DNA from: an uncultured Bdellovibrionales bacterium
GTDB lineage: Bacteria; Patescibacteriota; Minisyncoccia; Moranbacterales; UBA1568
Reading direction: 5' to 3'
Length of the DNA: 33,117 nucleotides
NCBI GenBank assembly: GCA_964450795.1
Contig: CAYVDI010000004.1
Span: 4,207 to 37,323, forward strand
A model generated the notes under the pieces. That model was given only the letters and a program-made list of their open reading frames with translations, ran no database searches and was not told where the DNA came from. A program made the translations under genes and the position numbers. Below are positions 15,128-24,248 of this stretch, piece after piece; within the stretch, counting starts at the first letter, position 1; each line of letters starts with the position of its first letter.

Positions 15128-16912
15128 TTATTCGGCCTCCTCCTCGTCGTTTCCGCTGTCGTTTTTCCGCTCCCACCATTCGCGCCAGGTATAGCGCGGG
15201 AGCGCGGTCGGGTTATCCTTCACTTCCTTGGGCGCTCCGAACATCTGTCGCTTTTCCTGTATGTATTCCCCCTTCGGACGGAATTCTATCATCGTGAGCG
15301 TACCGAACGGATGTTTCGCGACGACATCATACTTCTCGAGATATTTCCTCATTCCGTCAGCAAGGTCCGACTTTGATCGGAGTATGAGCACGTATATCCC
15401 CTCATCATAGATCTTCCCCTGCCCGAGCACGTCGTTTTTCACGCCAGCGCGCTCGAGGAGGTACTTGATCGCACGACGATGCTCCGGTTCGCTCTGCATG
15501 TAGACAGGATAACCGGTTTCGTCGGACCGTCGCTTCAGATACTCCACCATCATCATCTGTTGCGCAAGCGTCACGCGCGTCCGCTCCTTGAGGATCCGAT
15601 CCGTCGGCGTCGATATGGATTCCGATGCAGCGGCTTCAAGTTGCCCGAAACGCGCTGAAAGATACCAAAGATTCGAAAACGCGAGTCCAGACATGCCGAT
15701 CACGACCATTCCGATCGCAAACCGCTTCCACCGACAGAAGCGGACGACAGTTTCTGAGAGGACTCCGAGCAGGATGAAGGGAATCGGAGCCGTCACAAGA
15801 AAAAATCTCGGCGCAAAATCATAAGAGAGCGGCAAAAAGATCGTGAACGAGACAGAAAACCAGATACCGACAAGCAGCAGCGCATCCGATTTTCTCCGGT
15901 CACGTTCCCGCCACCAGAGAAACAGGAGCGAGAGGATTCCAAGCGAGAAAACACCGATCGCGCCCGCTCCGAAAACCCACCCGTTCCGACATCGCGCTTC
16001 GCACACCACCCTGATGCCTTCGCTGTCGGTACCGAAGCGGAAGAAATCGCCGCCCTCGTATCCGCTCGTGACGACGAGATAGCCGAGACTGTGCTCGACG
16101 ACATTCTTCACGAGTTTCGCAGCGATCGAATGTTCCTCTTTTGAGGATTTTTCGGTCACAGCGGAGAGGAAGGCTTTCGAATTCGCCCCATTCGTTTCTA
16201 CCTCGTTCAGGATCACCGGAATATAGAACACGAGAAACGCGGCGACGGCTCCAGCCCAGGCTTTCCAGGAAAATCTCGGCCGACGGATCGCCAGAAAGAC
16301 GAACGCGACCGCCGGCAACGCGACGAAGGCAAGGAAGTGCAGATGCGTCGCGAATCCAATGGAAAAGGCGGAAAGGACGAACCAGCGCCCCGGATGACGG
16401 CTCCCCGGCGTGACCGACCGGAGGAGCGCATAGAACCCGAGAAGCGAAAAGAACGGGATCGGGTTCGGATTCCAGGCGAATCTGCCATACATGACGAGAA
16501 ACGCCGATACGGAGAACAGAAGCGCGAGACCGAGCGATATCAGAGTACCGAAAAGTCTCCGCGCGAACAGGTACAAGAGCGCGATCGACGCGACGGAGAG
16601 AATCGGGATAAAGGCGGCCATGCCGGACGGCGTCTCACTGAACACGAGCGCGGAAAGATATTCGGCGTAATAGAACCCGGGACCGAGACGGAGCGATGTG
16701 CCTCCGGCCTTCATTCCTAGCAGGGTCAATTCGCCAGGTCCGCCCGTCACCGCATGATCGACGACCCGTGCATCACGCGACTGATCGAGCTCGAAATGGA
16801 GCCAATCGGTGAAATGGTGAGTCCGGAGGAATCCACCGAGTACAAGAATAGCAAGCAGGACAAGTGTCGTCTTCCCGATTCGAGGCAGTGATGCTTTCTT
16901 TTCTTCTGACAT
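15128..16912 (-). CDS. GT-C fold membrane glycosyltransferase (GT39/ArnT/PMT_2-like)
   Basis: It is 594 aa and polytopic. The first loop is HFELDQSRDA (an acidic-loop variant). It has a COG1807-like layout with a C-terminal soluble domain. Confidence 0.8.
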   Translation of the reverse strand: MSEEKKASLPRIGKTTLVLLAILVLGGFLRTHHFTDWLHFELDQSRDARVVDHAVTGGPGELTLLGMKAGGTSLRLGPGFYYAEYLSALVFSETPSGMAAFIPILSVASIALLYLFARRLFGTLISLGLALLFSVSAFLVMYGRFAWNPNPIPFFSLLGFYALLRSVTPGSRHPGRWFVLSAFSIGFATHLHFLAFVALPAVAFVFLAIRRPRFSWKAWAGAVAAFLVFYIPVILNEVETNGANSKAFLSAVTEKSSKEEHSIAAKLVKNVVEHSLGYLVVTSGYEGGDFFRFGTDSEGIRVVCEARCRNGWVFGAGAIGVFSLGILSLLFLWWRERDRRKSDALLLVGIWFSVSFTIFLPLSYDFAPRFFLVTAPIPFILLGVLSETVVRFCRWKRFAIGMVVIGMSGLAFSNLWYLSARFGQLEAAASESISTPTDRILKERTRVTLAQQMMMVEYLKRRSDETGYPVYMQSEPEHRRAIKYLLERAGVKNDVLGQGKIYDEGIYVLILRSKSDLADGMRKYLEKYDVVAKHPFGTLTMIEFRPKGEYIQEKRQMFGAPKEVKDNPTALPRYTWREWWERKNDSGNDEEEAE

Positions 16913-16963
16913 TGTGATAGAGTGAAGAAAAATAAGGCTTTATAAAGGCTTTCTTTGTAGGAA

Positions 16964-16992
16964 AGTATACCGCTTTCCCCCGAGGAACGCAA
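16964..16992 (-). promoter_or_regulatory. Candidate promoter for the minus-strand GT-C pair (TTGCGT-17 nt-TATACT on the minus strand)
   Basis: The + strand reads acgcaa at 16987-16992 and agtata at 16964-16969, with a 17-nt spacer. It abuts ATG 16999 of the divergent gene, which favours the later start at 17041 for that gene. Confidence 0.45.
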
Positions 16993-16998
16993 ATCGCT

Positions 16999-19281
16999 AT
17001 GTACCCATTCAAGAGCGCAGGAAGACAGGAAACGCGGACGATGACAGCGCTGTCCTTCGTTTTCGGTACGATATCGCTCCTCTTCATCGCCCGGCATATC
17101 CCGGGAGTTCCCGAGTGGATATCCGGACTGCCGCGCGATTTCTTTCTGGCAGCCCTGCCGTCTTCCGCGATCGCGCTCCTCGCCGGAGTATCCTATTTCA
17201 CGCCGCTGCGCCGATTTGAGTCATGGATATCGAAGACGTTGTTTCTCATCCTCCCTGCCATGATCGCATTCTCCATCGGATGGCACTTCCAGAACGCGAT
17301 ACCGGATACAGCGAAGATCGCCGTCACCTTTTACGTATTCGCCATCGGATTGTTTTTCTTCGTCGGATTGACACGACGGAAAAATTCCGGAATCCACGAC
17401 CCGTTTATTCAGGAACCGGGTATGCGCCAATGGCTCAAGGCGCAAGGATGGATACGCCTGGCCGCGATAGTGACGCTTTCCGGACTTTTTTTCGGATTTG
17501 CCGTCCAGAACCTCGGGAAATCGGCGAATGTCGACGAGGCGCTTTGGCTGTACGGCAGAATCCCGAAGTACTGGAACGCACTCGGCAATCTGGAATTCCA
17601 GAAGACGAGCATCAGTGACAAGCCCGGAATCACGGTCGCGATCATCTCCGGCGCCGGATTGCTCAGCGTGGAAGACCCACTCCCCTGGAAGAGTCTCCGC
17701 GGGAACGATCGCGGTCTCGACGAATTCTTCTTCACTTTCCGTATCCCGATCGTCATCGTGATCACGCTTCTCCTCCCTCTCTTCTACTACCTCCTCGAGC
17801 GCGTCGCCGGGCGGACCCGCGCCCTGTTCGCCTTCGGATTCATCACGCTCTCTCCCGCAACGGTCGGCATGGCGAAAATCATCAATCCGGACGCCCTCCT
17901 CTGGGTGTTCACGCCGCTTTCCCTCTTCGCATACCTCGCATACCTCAAACGTCGCCACGCCGGATTCCTCCTTCTCTCCGGCGTTCTCCTCGGACTCGCG
18001 CTTCTCACGAAATACGTCGCGAACATCCTCTTCGTCTTCGCGCTCGGCATCATCTTCCTGGAGTATCTTTTCCGTCGGAACGAGGAGCGGTTCCTCCCGT
18101 ACCTGAAACGATCCCTCCTCGCGTACGCGGTCTGGACGTTTTCCGCGATCGCCGTTTTCTTTCTCCTTTTTCCCGCGACCTGGCTCAAGCCGGAGAAGCT
18201 TCTCGACGCAACCATACTTTCCCAGGCCTTCGAAAGCACCGCGGCGATATTCCTTTCGGTATTCGCAGCCATCCTTCTTGATCGCCTTCTGAACCGGTCA
18301 CGATTTTCAGAGACCGTCATGCTGTTCTTCCGATCGATCCGCCTGAGTGTCGCGAGAATTATCGGCATCGCATGGATCGCATTTCTCGGATTCATTCTCT
18401 TTAACACCTGGTCGGGTATGGCGCAGTACGATTTCCCGACACTCCTCGCCGCACCGAAGACCATCCTTTCCGAAACAAGCCTCTTCGGAGTCTTTTCGGC
18501 GAATGCCTACCCGCTCCTCTTCGGCATCACCCCGGTCGTTTTCCTCTTCCTCCTTCTGGCGCCCCTCTTTTTCTTCCGCGAAAAATCGCTCGAAAGCGCC
18601 ACCGGGAAAACCATCGTCTACGGCATCGTCTTCATCGTCCTCTACTTCCTCGGAAGCGCCATAAACGGTGTCGGCGCCATCACTCGCTATGAAATCATAC
18701 TGTTCCCCATCGCCGCGGCCATCGCCGGTTTCGGCATCGGAACCATGGTGAAATCACTGGAAGCCGTTCTCCCCGTCCGGTCCGAAACGCTCGGAATAGC
18801 GATGAAAAAATATTCCGCCTCGGCGCTCTTTCTCGTCGTCATGGTCGCGTCGGTATTTTCACTCGCGACGACCCCGTTCCCGCTCAGCTATGCCTCGGTC
18901 CTCCTTCCGATGCGGTATCACACCGACGTGAAGGACATGGGCCCGGGAAGCTACGAGGCGGCGGAGTACCTCAACGCGCTCCCCGATGCGAAGCACCTCA
19001 CCGTCTGGAGCGACAAGGACGGCGTCTGCAAGTTCTTCGTCGGGCGTTGCAAGAGCGGTTTTTCCTGGGATGCCTACGAGAACATCCGATTCGACTACAT
19101 CGTCGTCTCCTCGGGACGGGAGAGCCGGACAAGCAAGCGCGTCGGGACCGCCGTCGAGGATCTCCGGAAGAATACGATCCGTTTCGACACCTATTATGAT
19201 CGGACCGAAGGTGCCGCCTGGGAACTTCTCATCAACGGTCGTCCGTCGCACTACGTGAAGATCTATCCGTTCATCCCCTAA
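16999..19281 (+). CDS. GT-C fold membrane glycosyltransferase (GT39-like), tandem paralog 1
   Basis: The acidic loop is ANVDEALWLYGRIPKYWNAL..ISDKPGITVAIISG, followed by IINPDALLW and LLTKYVA. It is clearly paralogous to 19287..22112 along its whole length, including the C-terminal YEAAEYLNALPDAKHLTVWSD..VCKFFVGRC. An alternative start is ATG 17041 (MTALSF...). Confidence 0.85.
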   Translation: MYPFKSAGRQETRTMTALSFVFGTISLLFIARHIPGVPEWISGLPRDFFLAALPSSAIALLAGVSYFTPLRRFESWISKTLFLILPAMIAFSIGWHFQNAIPDTAKIAVTFYVFAIGLFFFVGLTRRKNSGIHDPFIQEPGMRQWLKAQGWIRLAAIVTLSGLFFGFAVQNLGKSANVDEALWLYGRIPKYWNALGNLEFQKTSISDKPGITVAIISGAGLLSVEDPLPWKSLRGNDRGLDEFFFTFRIPIVIVITLLLPLFYYLLERVAGRTRALFAFGFITLSPATVGMAKIINPDALLWVFTPLSLFAYLAYLKRRHAGFLLLSGVLLGLALLTKYVANILFVFALGIIFLEYLFRRNEERFLPYLKRSLLAYAVWTFSAIAVFFLLFPATWLKPEKLLDATILSQAFESTAAIFLSVFAAILLDRLLNRSRFSETVMLFFRSIRLSVARIIGIAWIAFLGFILFNTWSGMAQYDFPTLLAAPKTILSETSLFGVFSANAYPLLFGITPVVFLFLLLAPLFFFREKSLESATGKTIVYGIVFIVLYFLGSAINGVGAITRYEIILFPIAAAIAGFGIGTMVKSLEAVLPVRSETLGIAMKKYSASALFLVVMVASVFSLATTPFPLSYASVLLPMRYHTDVKDMGPGSYEAAEYLNALPDAKHLTVWSDKDGVCKFFVGRCKSGFSWDAYENIRFDYIVVSSGRESRTSKRVGTAVEDLRKNTIRFDTYYDRTEGAAWELLINGRPSHYVKIYPFIP

Positions 19282-19286
19282 ATTTC

Positions 19287-22112
19287 ATGCCTCGTTTCAG
19301 TCGCTCCAAGATCGGAATATCCGTCGGAAGTTGGAAATCGGAAATCGGAAATTTTTTTTCAAGAGTACCGTTGAAGAGATGCGGTTCCCTCGCTTCGCTC
19401 ACCGTCATTCTCACGATCCATTTCTTCTTCGGCCTCCAGCATATCGGCAGTTTCATCACCGCCGATGAGCATTACTGGGTCGATGAGCGGATCCCGCAAT
19501 ATTGGGAGGCCTGGTCCGAAGGAAAGTGGCGGAAAACGCTCATCAACGACAAACCGGGAATAAGCCTCGCGCTCATCTCCGGTCCAGCACTCCTCCTGAA
19601 CGAAAAAACGGCGCTTCGCTGCGAAGAAAAAGACGGGTGGTTTTCGGGATGCGATCCGGAAAAAACCTCCGCGCTCTACGCCTCGTTCCGGATTCCCATA
19701 CTTCTTCTCAATGGCGTTTTTCTTGTTCTCATCTTCCTCTCGATACGGGTGATTTCCGGACCGATTGTCGCCGCCGCATCCGCGGGACTTATGGCGCTTT
19801 CCCCGAACCTGCTCGGGATATCACAGATCATCAATCCGGACGCGATCCTCTGGTCATCCGGATCGACCGCCATATTCGCATTTCTTGCGTTCCTCAAAAG
19901 CGGGAGGAAACCGTACGCGTTCCTTTCGGTCGCCGCGCTCACGTTCGCATTGCTTTCGAAATACACGGCGATCATCATCATCTTCTTTCTCCCGTTCGTC
20001 GCGCTCTCGATACGGTTCCTTGATCCCGGATTCTCCCCGATTCCGCTCAAGAAAAAACTCGCGTCCCTCGTCGGAATATCGACGATACCGTTCCTTCTCT
20101 TTCCTATGTTTGTCCCCGGCGTCCTTTCTTCCGAAGAAAGAATCACCGCCTTTCTCACCGCCGGAACCGGGTCGTTTCTTCCGTGGATCGGCTACGCGGC
20201 GCTTCTCGGCGTACTGACAGCAGTCGCAGTCCTCCGTATCCCGAAAAAGACCGAAGTCCTCCTCAGGAATACGACCCGATACTCGCTTCGCATACCGGCG
20301 GTGGCATTCGTCGGACTCGCTGTCTGGCTTGTCATCGGAAGAATGACGATTCCGAACTGGAATATCTTCACCGCCATCCCGTTCGATATCAAGGATCTCA
20401 CCAATGCCCGGTACTATCTCCCGGATCCGCTTTCCCCTCTCGATATCGCCTTTCTCGAGATATCCCCCTTCATCTACGGCCTTCCGCTCGTGACCGCGCT
20501 CTTCGCGCTCTTTGCGGTCGTTCTCGCTGCCGTATCCAAAAAACGTGACGAGTTGCCGATAACCCTGATTCTTACTTTCTTCGTCATCCTGCTCATCGCC
20601 GCGCTCGGATTCTCGAATGTTTTCGCGATTCCCCGATACGTCATTCTCGCATTCCCCATAGCATCCTATATCGCCGCCCTCGGCATGAAGGAGGCCTGGG
20701 AACTTCTCCCGAAACGATCCCGGTCGGGAAAATTTCCGATTATTCTCGCCGGAATCGTCGCTCTCGTCTCGCTCGGGAGTCTCCTCTCAAGCAAGCCGTA
20801 CTACGCGAACTTCGCGAATATGCTCCTCCCGAAAACATCGCTTATCTCGCACTCCTGGGGATACGGCGGATACGAGGCCGCCATGTACCTCAACGCGCTC
20901 CCGGACGCAAGAAACACCACCATCTGGAGCGACTACTACGGCGTCTGTGAGTTCTTCGTCGGCCGATGTCTCACCGCCTACACCTTCGACCCGAAAATCG
21001 CCCCGGACTACTACGTTCTCACCCGCCGCGGACAGCTCCGCTACATGCCGAAATACGAAAAATGGGAGGAAAAGTCAGGACTTGTCGCATACCAATACTA
21101 CGACCGTACGGATCCGCTCTGGAGTCTCAGCATAAACGGGAAAAATGAGAATTTCGTGAAGGTCTTCCGCGTCGATAACGAGCTCCGCGCGAGCGTCATC
21201 ACCGACATAGACCATTGCGTTTCCCGCGCACCGGTCCCGGAATCCCTTTTCGGGAACTTCACCTCATTTTCCGATGAAACCGGGTCGGATTTCATCATCA
21301 GCCTCGGGGACAACATCAGTCACCGGCTCCAAGGATGCTCGAAAACCGCCGCGACCGATCTCCCGTATGTCATGAATCGTCTCGATCGGGCCAGAGCCGA
21401 AGATCACTATGTTCTCGGGGACCACGATCTCGGAAGCAGCAAAGAGTCATACCAACTGTGGCTTTCCCTCACCGGACGGGAATCCACATACTATTCGTTC
21501 GATACGAAGGGGGCGCACATCGTCGTGCTCGACACCATCACGGGAGGAGAACCGATCGTTCAGACCTGCGAAGAAAGCTCCGAATGTGACAAGAGTCACA
21601 AGGAAAAGGCGAAGCTTGATGCCATTCTCCGGGATCCGAAACTCCTTTCCGCCTACCTCGCAGAGACGGGGAAAAGCCGGGCCGAAACGCTCACGGACCG
21701 CGCGAACATCACGAAACACTACCGAGACGAGCTTGCCGTCATACACATGGTGCGCGATGCGAGCGACCGCGACCGCGGGATGGTGCTCGACCGCGAACTC
21801 GATTGGCTCGAAGCCGACCTCGCAAGAACATCCGCTGATCGCGTAATCGTCTTCTCCGACCACCCGCTCATCCCCTTCTCATCACCGAAAAAGAGCTACG
21901 ATATCCTGAACGGTGCCACGGTCCGTGAAATTCTTGAAAAGAGCGGCAAGGAAGTCGTCGCCATTTCCGGCGAGGCGCATCTCTGGCATGAGGAGGAGCG
22001 AAACGGGATACGCTATTTCATCGTCAACCAGTTCCGGGCATCTCCCGGTGGAACATGGGCGTCCGTCTCCTGGGACAAGACCGGATTCCGGTTCGAACGC
22101 GTAGAACGATAA
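19287..22112 (+). CDS. Fusion protein: GT-C (GT39-like) membrane glycosyltransferase plus a C-terminal metallophosphoesterase-like domain
   Basis: The N-terminal 620 aa or so are paralogous to the preceding gene (ITADEHYWVDERIPQYW..INDKPGISLALISG, IINPDAILW, YEAAMYLNALPDARNTTIWSD..VCEFFVGRC). The C-terminal 300 aa or so carry Metallophos-like motifs in order: DIDH (21204-21215), GDNI (21306-), GDHD (21417-21428), SDHP (21855-) and GEAHLWH (21969-21989). The start may instead be TTG 19371, downstream of a heptad array. Confidence 0.85.
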   Translation: MPRFSRSKIGISVGSWKSEIGNFFSRVPLKRCGSLASLTVILTIHFFFGLQHIGSFITADEHYWVDERIPQYWEAWSEGKWRKTLINDKPGISLALISGPALLLNEKTALRCEEKDGWFSGCDPEKTSALYASFRIPILLLNGVFLVLIFLSIRVISGPIVAAASAGLMALSPNLLGISQIINPDAILWSSGSTAIFAFLAFLKSGRKPYAFLSVAALTFALLSKYTAIIIIFFLPFVALSIRFLDPGFSPIPLKKKLASLVGISTIPFLLFPMFVPGVLSSEERITAFLTAGTGSFLPWIGYAALLGVLTAVAVLRIPKKTEVLLRNTTRYSLRIPAVAFVGLAVWLVIGRMTIPNWNIFTAIPFDIKDLTNARYYLPDPLSPLDIAFLEISPFIYGLPLVTALFALFAVVLAAVSKKRDELPITLILTFFVILLIAALGFSNVFAIPRYVILAFPIASYIAALGMKEAWELLPKRSRSGKFPIILAGIVALVSLGSLLSSKPYYANFANMLLPKTSLISHSWGYGGYEAAMYLNALPDARNTTIWSDYYGVCEFFVGRCLTAYTFDPKIAPDYYVLTRRGQLRYMPKYEKWEEKSGLVAYQYYDRTDPLWSLSINGKNENFVKVFRVDNELRASVITDIDHCVSRAPVPESLFGNFTSFSDETGSDFIISLGDNISHRLQGCSKTAATDLPYVMNRLDRARAEDHYVLGDHDLGSSKESYQLWLSLTGRESTYYSFDTKGAHIVVLDTITGGEPIVQTCEESSECDKSHKEKAKLDAILRDPKLLSAYLAETGKSRAETLTDRANITKHYRDELAVIHMVRDASDRDRGMVLDRELDWLEADLARTSADRVIVFSDHPLIPFSSPKKSYDILNGATVREILEKSGKEVVAISGEAHLWHEEERNGIRYFIVNQFRASPGGTWASVSWDKTGFRFERVER
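19326..19353 (+). repeat. Tandem heptad array: GGAAGTT GGAAATC GGAAATC GGAAATT followed by T8
   Basis: Four in-phase 7-nt units lie at 19326-19353 and run into TTTTTTTT (to 19359). The array sits inside the annotated 5' end of the GT-C/phosphoesterase gene, or 11 nt upstream of the alternative TTG start at 19371. Confidence 0.9.
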
Positions 22113-22127
22113 AAACCGTCACCTATC

Positions 22128-23066
22128 CTATTTCTTCCCACCTTTTTGCCGAAGATAGTGCGGAAGCGCACCGAACGAAATGAGCATCTGGAGGAAACGC
22201 GCGAGAATGGCGACCGTCACCGCCGTATCGCCCGATATTCCCGCAATCGGGAAGAATGTGAAGTATGCCCATTCCTTGATGCCGATGTTGTTTATCGAGA
22301 GCGGAACGCTCGAGATGATCGTCGCGAGGAATATGACCGAGAAGAACGCGAGCGGATTTATGGTGCATCCGCCGAGACTCACGAAGAGCGTCAGATTCGT
22401 CAGTCCGACTCCGACGAAGGCGAAAAGCACGGCGTAGAGACTCGATTTGGTCCAGATCCGCGTTTCCATGTAGTGCGACACCTCATCGAAGAGACGCCGG
22501 AGCGGAAACGGAAGCCACTCGATATACCTCCGGAGCCACGGCTTGTGATACGCCCATGTAAGGATGCCGTCCACAAGGAGAAAGAGCACGAGCAGGGAAA
22601 ATGCCACCCGAAGCGGAACTTCCCACGCCGGATGTTCGAAGAAGAAGAGCGAGAGGAACACGAGCGCAAGGATCGCGGTCACCCACAATCCGATGAAGCG
22701 ATCGAATACGACCGTGGAGATCGACGCCGCCTTCGCCTCCGTCTTCCGGGCGAGCCACAGCCCGCGATAGGCATCACCCCCGATCGTCGAAGGAAAGAAG
22801 TTGTTTATGAACGCACCCGAGAGGTATGCGAAAAAGCCCTCCTTCACGTCGAAACGGAGGCCCTTGAACGCCGCGATGATCTGCCACTTCTTCGCCGAGA
22901 TGAGCACGCCGAGCAGCTGCAGGACGACGTACAGGAAGAGAAGCGGCCATGAGATCGTCCGGAGCTCCCCTCCCACCCGGACCCAATCCACCTTCCGCGC
23001 CAAAAGACCGATCAGAAGGGCCGCCACCGTAAGCTTTATGAGGAAAAAAAGTCTTCTCTTCGACAT
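22128..23066 (-). CDS. Lysylphosphatidylglycerol-synthase-TM-region-like (flippase-like, UPF0104/YbhN family) membrane protein
   Basis: The N-terminus is typical of the family: KRRLFFLIKLTVAALLIGLLARKVDW...LFLYVVLQLLGVLISAKKWQ...FFAYLSGAFINNFFPSTIGGDAYRGLW. It has about 8 TM helices. It is the last gene of the minus-strand operon. Confidence 0.8.
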   Translation of the reverse strand: MSKRRLFFLIKLTVAALLIGLLARKVDWVRVGGELRTISWPLLFLYVVLQLLGVLISAKKWQIIAAFKGLRFDVKEGFFAYLSGAFINNFFPSTIGGDAYRGLWLARKTEAKAASISTVVFDRFIGLWVTAILALVFLSLFFFEHPAWEVPLRVAFSLLVLFLLVDGILTWAYHKPWLRRYIEWLPFPLRRLFDEVSHYMETRIWTKSSLYAVLFAFVGVGLTNLTLFVSLGGCTINPLAFFSVIFLATIISSVPLSINNIGIKEWAYFTFFPIAGISGDTAVTVAILARFLQMLISFGALPHYLRQKGGKK

Positions 23067-23075
23067 GAACGTTTC

Positions 23076-24245
23076 CTAATGGTCGGAATCGGAAGGGGTG
23101 ATTTCCAAAAATTTCGCGGCAACCCGCTTCCAACTCATCTCCTCCGCCTTTCGGCGGCTCGCCCCGCTCATCCGCTTCCGGAGATCCTCATCCGCGATCA
23201 GCGTGCCGAGTTTCTCCGCGAGATCCTCCGGAGACCGCTGCTTTACGAAAAGACCGTTCTCCCCGTCACGGACAAGCTCTTCCGTTCCTCCGGTCACCGT
23301 CGCGACGATCGGAAGTCCCGCGGCGAGCGCTTCAAGCACGGTATTGCTCATCCCCTCGTTAAGCGACGGGAGGCAGAACACGTCCGCAAGACCGTAGTAT
23401 TTCGGAAGCTCCTCGTGCGGCACCGCCCCGAAAAATTTCACCTCCTCGGAGACGCCGCATTCTTTCGCGAGCATCTGAAGCGAGGATTTCTCCTCTCCGT
23501 CACCCGCGACCCACAGCTCGACTTTCTCCCGGGTCTTCTCCTTGAGGATCGCCATCGCCCGAACAAGGAACCCGATACCCTTTCGCGGCGTAAGTCGGGA
23601 TACGACCAGGATGCGGAAAAATCCGTCGTGCTCACGTTCCGGATCGGGAGCGAATTCCTCGGTATCCACGCCGTTCGGAATGATCGCGAATGCCTGTTTC
23701 GGCGATGTCTTCGCCGCAAGTTCCGCAAGACCACGACTGTTCGGCACGACCGCGAGGGCCTTTCGCCATACGAGCCTGACGAGCGGTGCAAGGAACAGGT
23801 AGAGTTGATCGTACTTCTCGCTGTATCCGGGAACATCGGACCCCCGCAATGAAACGACGTACGGCATATCGAACTGCCACCGGAACCAAAGCGCGAGTGC
23901 CCCGCACGGGATGCCGAAAAACGCGATCGTCCGATCGAACGGCTTCTCTTTCCGCCACGAATCGCGGATAAGCCCGGAGGAAAAGCGCCATGCGCGAAAG
24001 CTGTACACGAGCAGGTCACGTACCGATTGCGAGTGGATTTTCTCCGGATCCTTGCCGATCGGCAACCGATGCACCCACACCGATCCGCCGACGTGTTCCT
24101 TCTCATATTCTTTCCCCATCCCGCTCGTCACGAGATGAACCTCGACATCCGGCATACGGGAAAACTCGCGCAGGATGTACCGCGTCGCGTTCGCCGCCCC
24201 GCCCCCGAGCGGAGGATACTCGTAATTGAGGAAAAGTATCTTCAT
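23076..24245 (-). CDS. Glycosyltransferase family 4 (GT-B, Glycos_transf_1)
   Basis: The N-terminus is MKILFLNYEYPPLGGGAANATRY. The C-terminal domain reads PSLNEGMSNTVLEALAAGLPIVATVTGGTEELV (EX7E-type). A 3-nt gap separates it from ugd. Confidence 0.9.
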   Translation of the reverse strand: MKILFLNYEYPPLGGGAANATRYILREFSRMPDVEVHLVTSGMGKEYEKEHVGGSVWVHRLPIGKDPEKIHSQSVRDLLVYSFRAWRFSSGLIRDSWRKEKPFDRTIAFFGIPCGALALWFRWQFDMPYVVSLRGSDVPGYSEKYDQLYLFLAPLVRLVWRKALAVVPNSRGLAELAAKTSPKQAFAIIPNGVDTEEFAPDPEREHDGFFRILVVSRLTPRKGIGFLVRAMAILKEKTREKVELWVAGDGEEKSSLQMLAKECGVSEEVKFFGAVPHEELPKYYGLADVFCLPSLNEGMSNTVLEALAAGLPIVATVTGGTEELVRDGENGLFVKQRSPEDLAEKLGTLIADEDLRKRMSGASRRKAEEMSWKRVAAKFLEITPSDSDH

Positions 24246-24248
24246 GCG

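Noticed and set aside
17296-17309. Two adjacent nnGATAC heptads (GCGATAC CGGATAC) inside the GT-C gene 16999..19281
   Set aside because: There are only two units, the surrounding sequence has normal GC content, and there is no flanking periodicity. This is compatible with chance.
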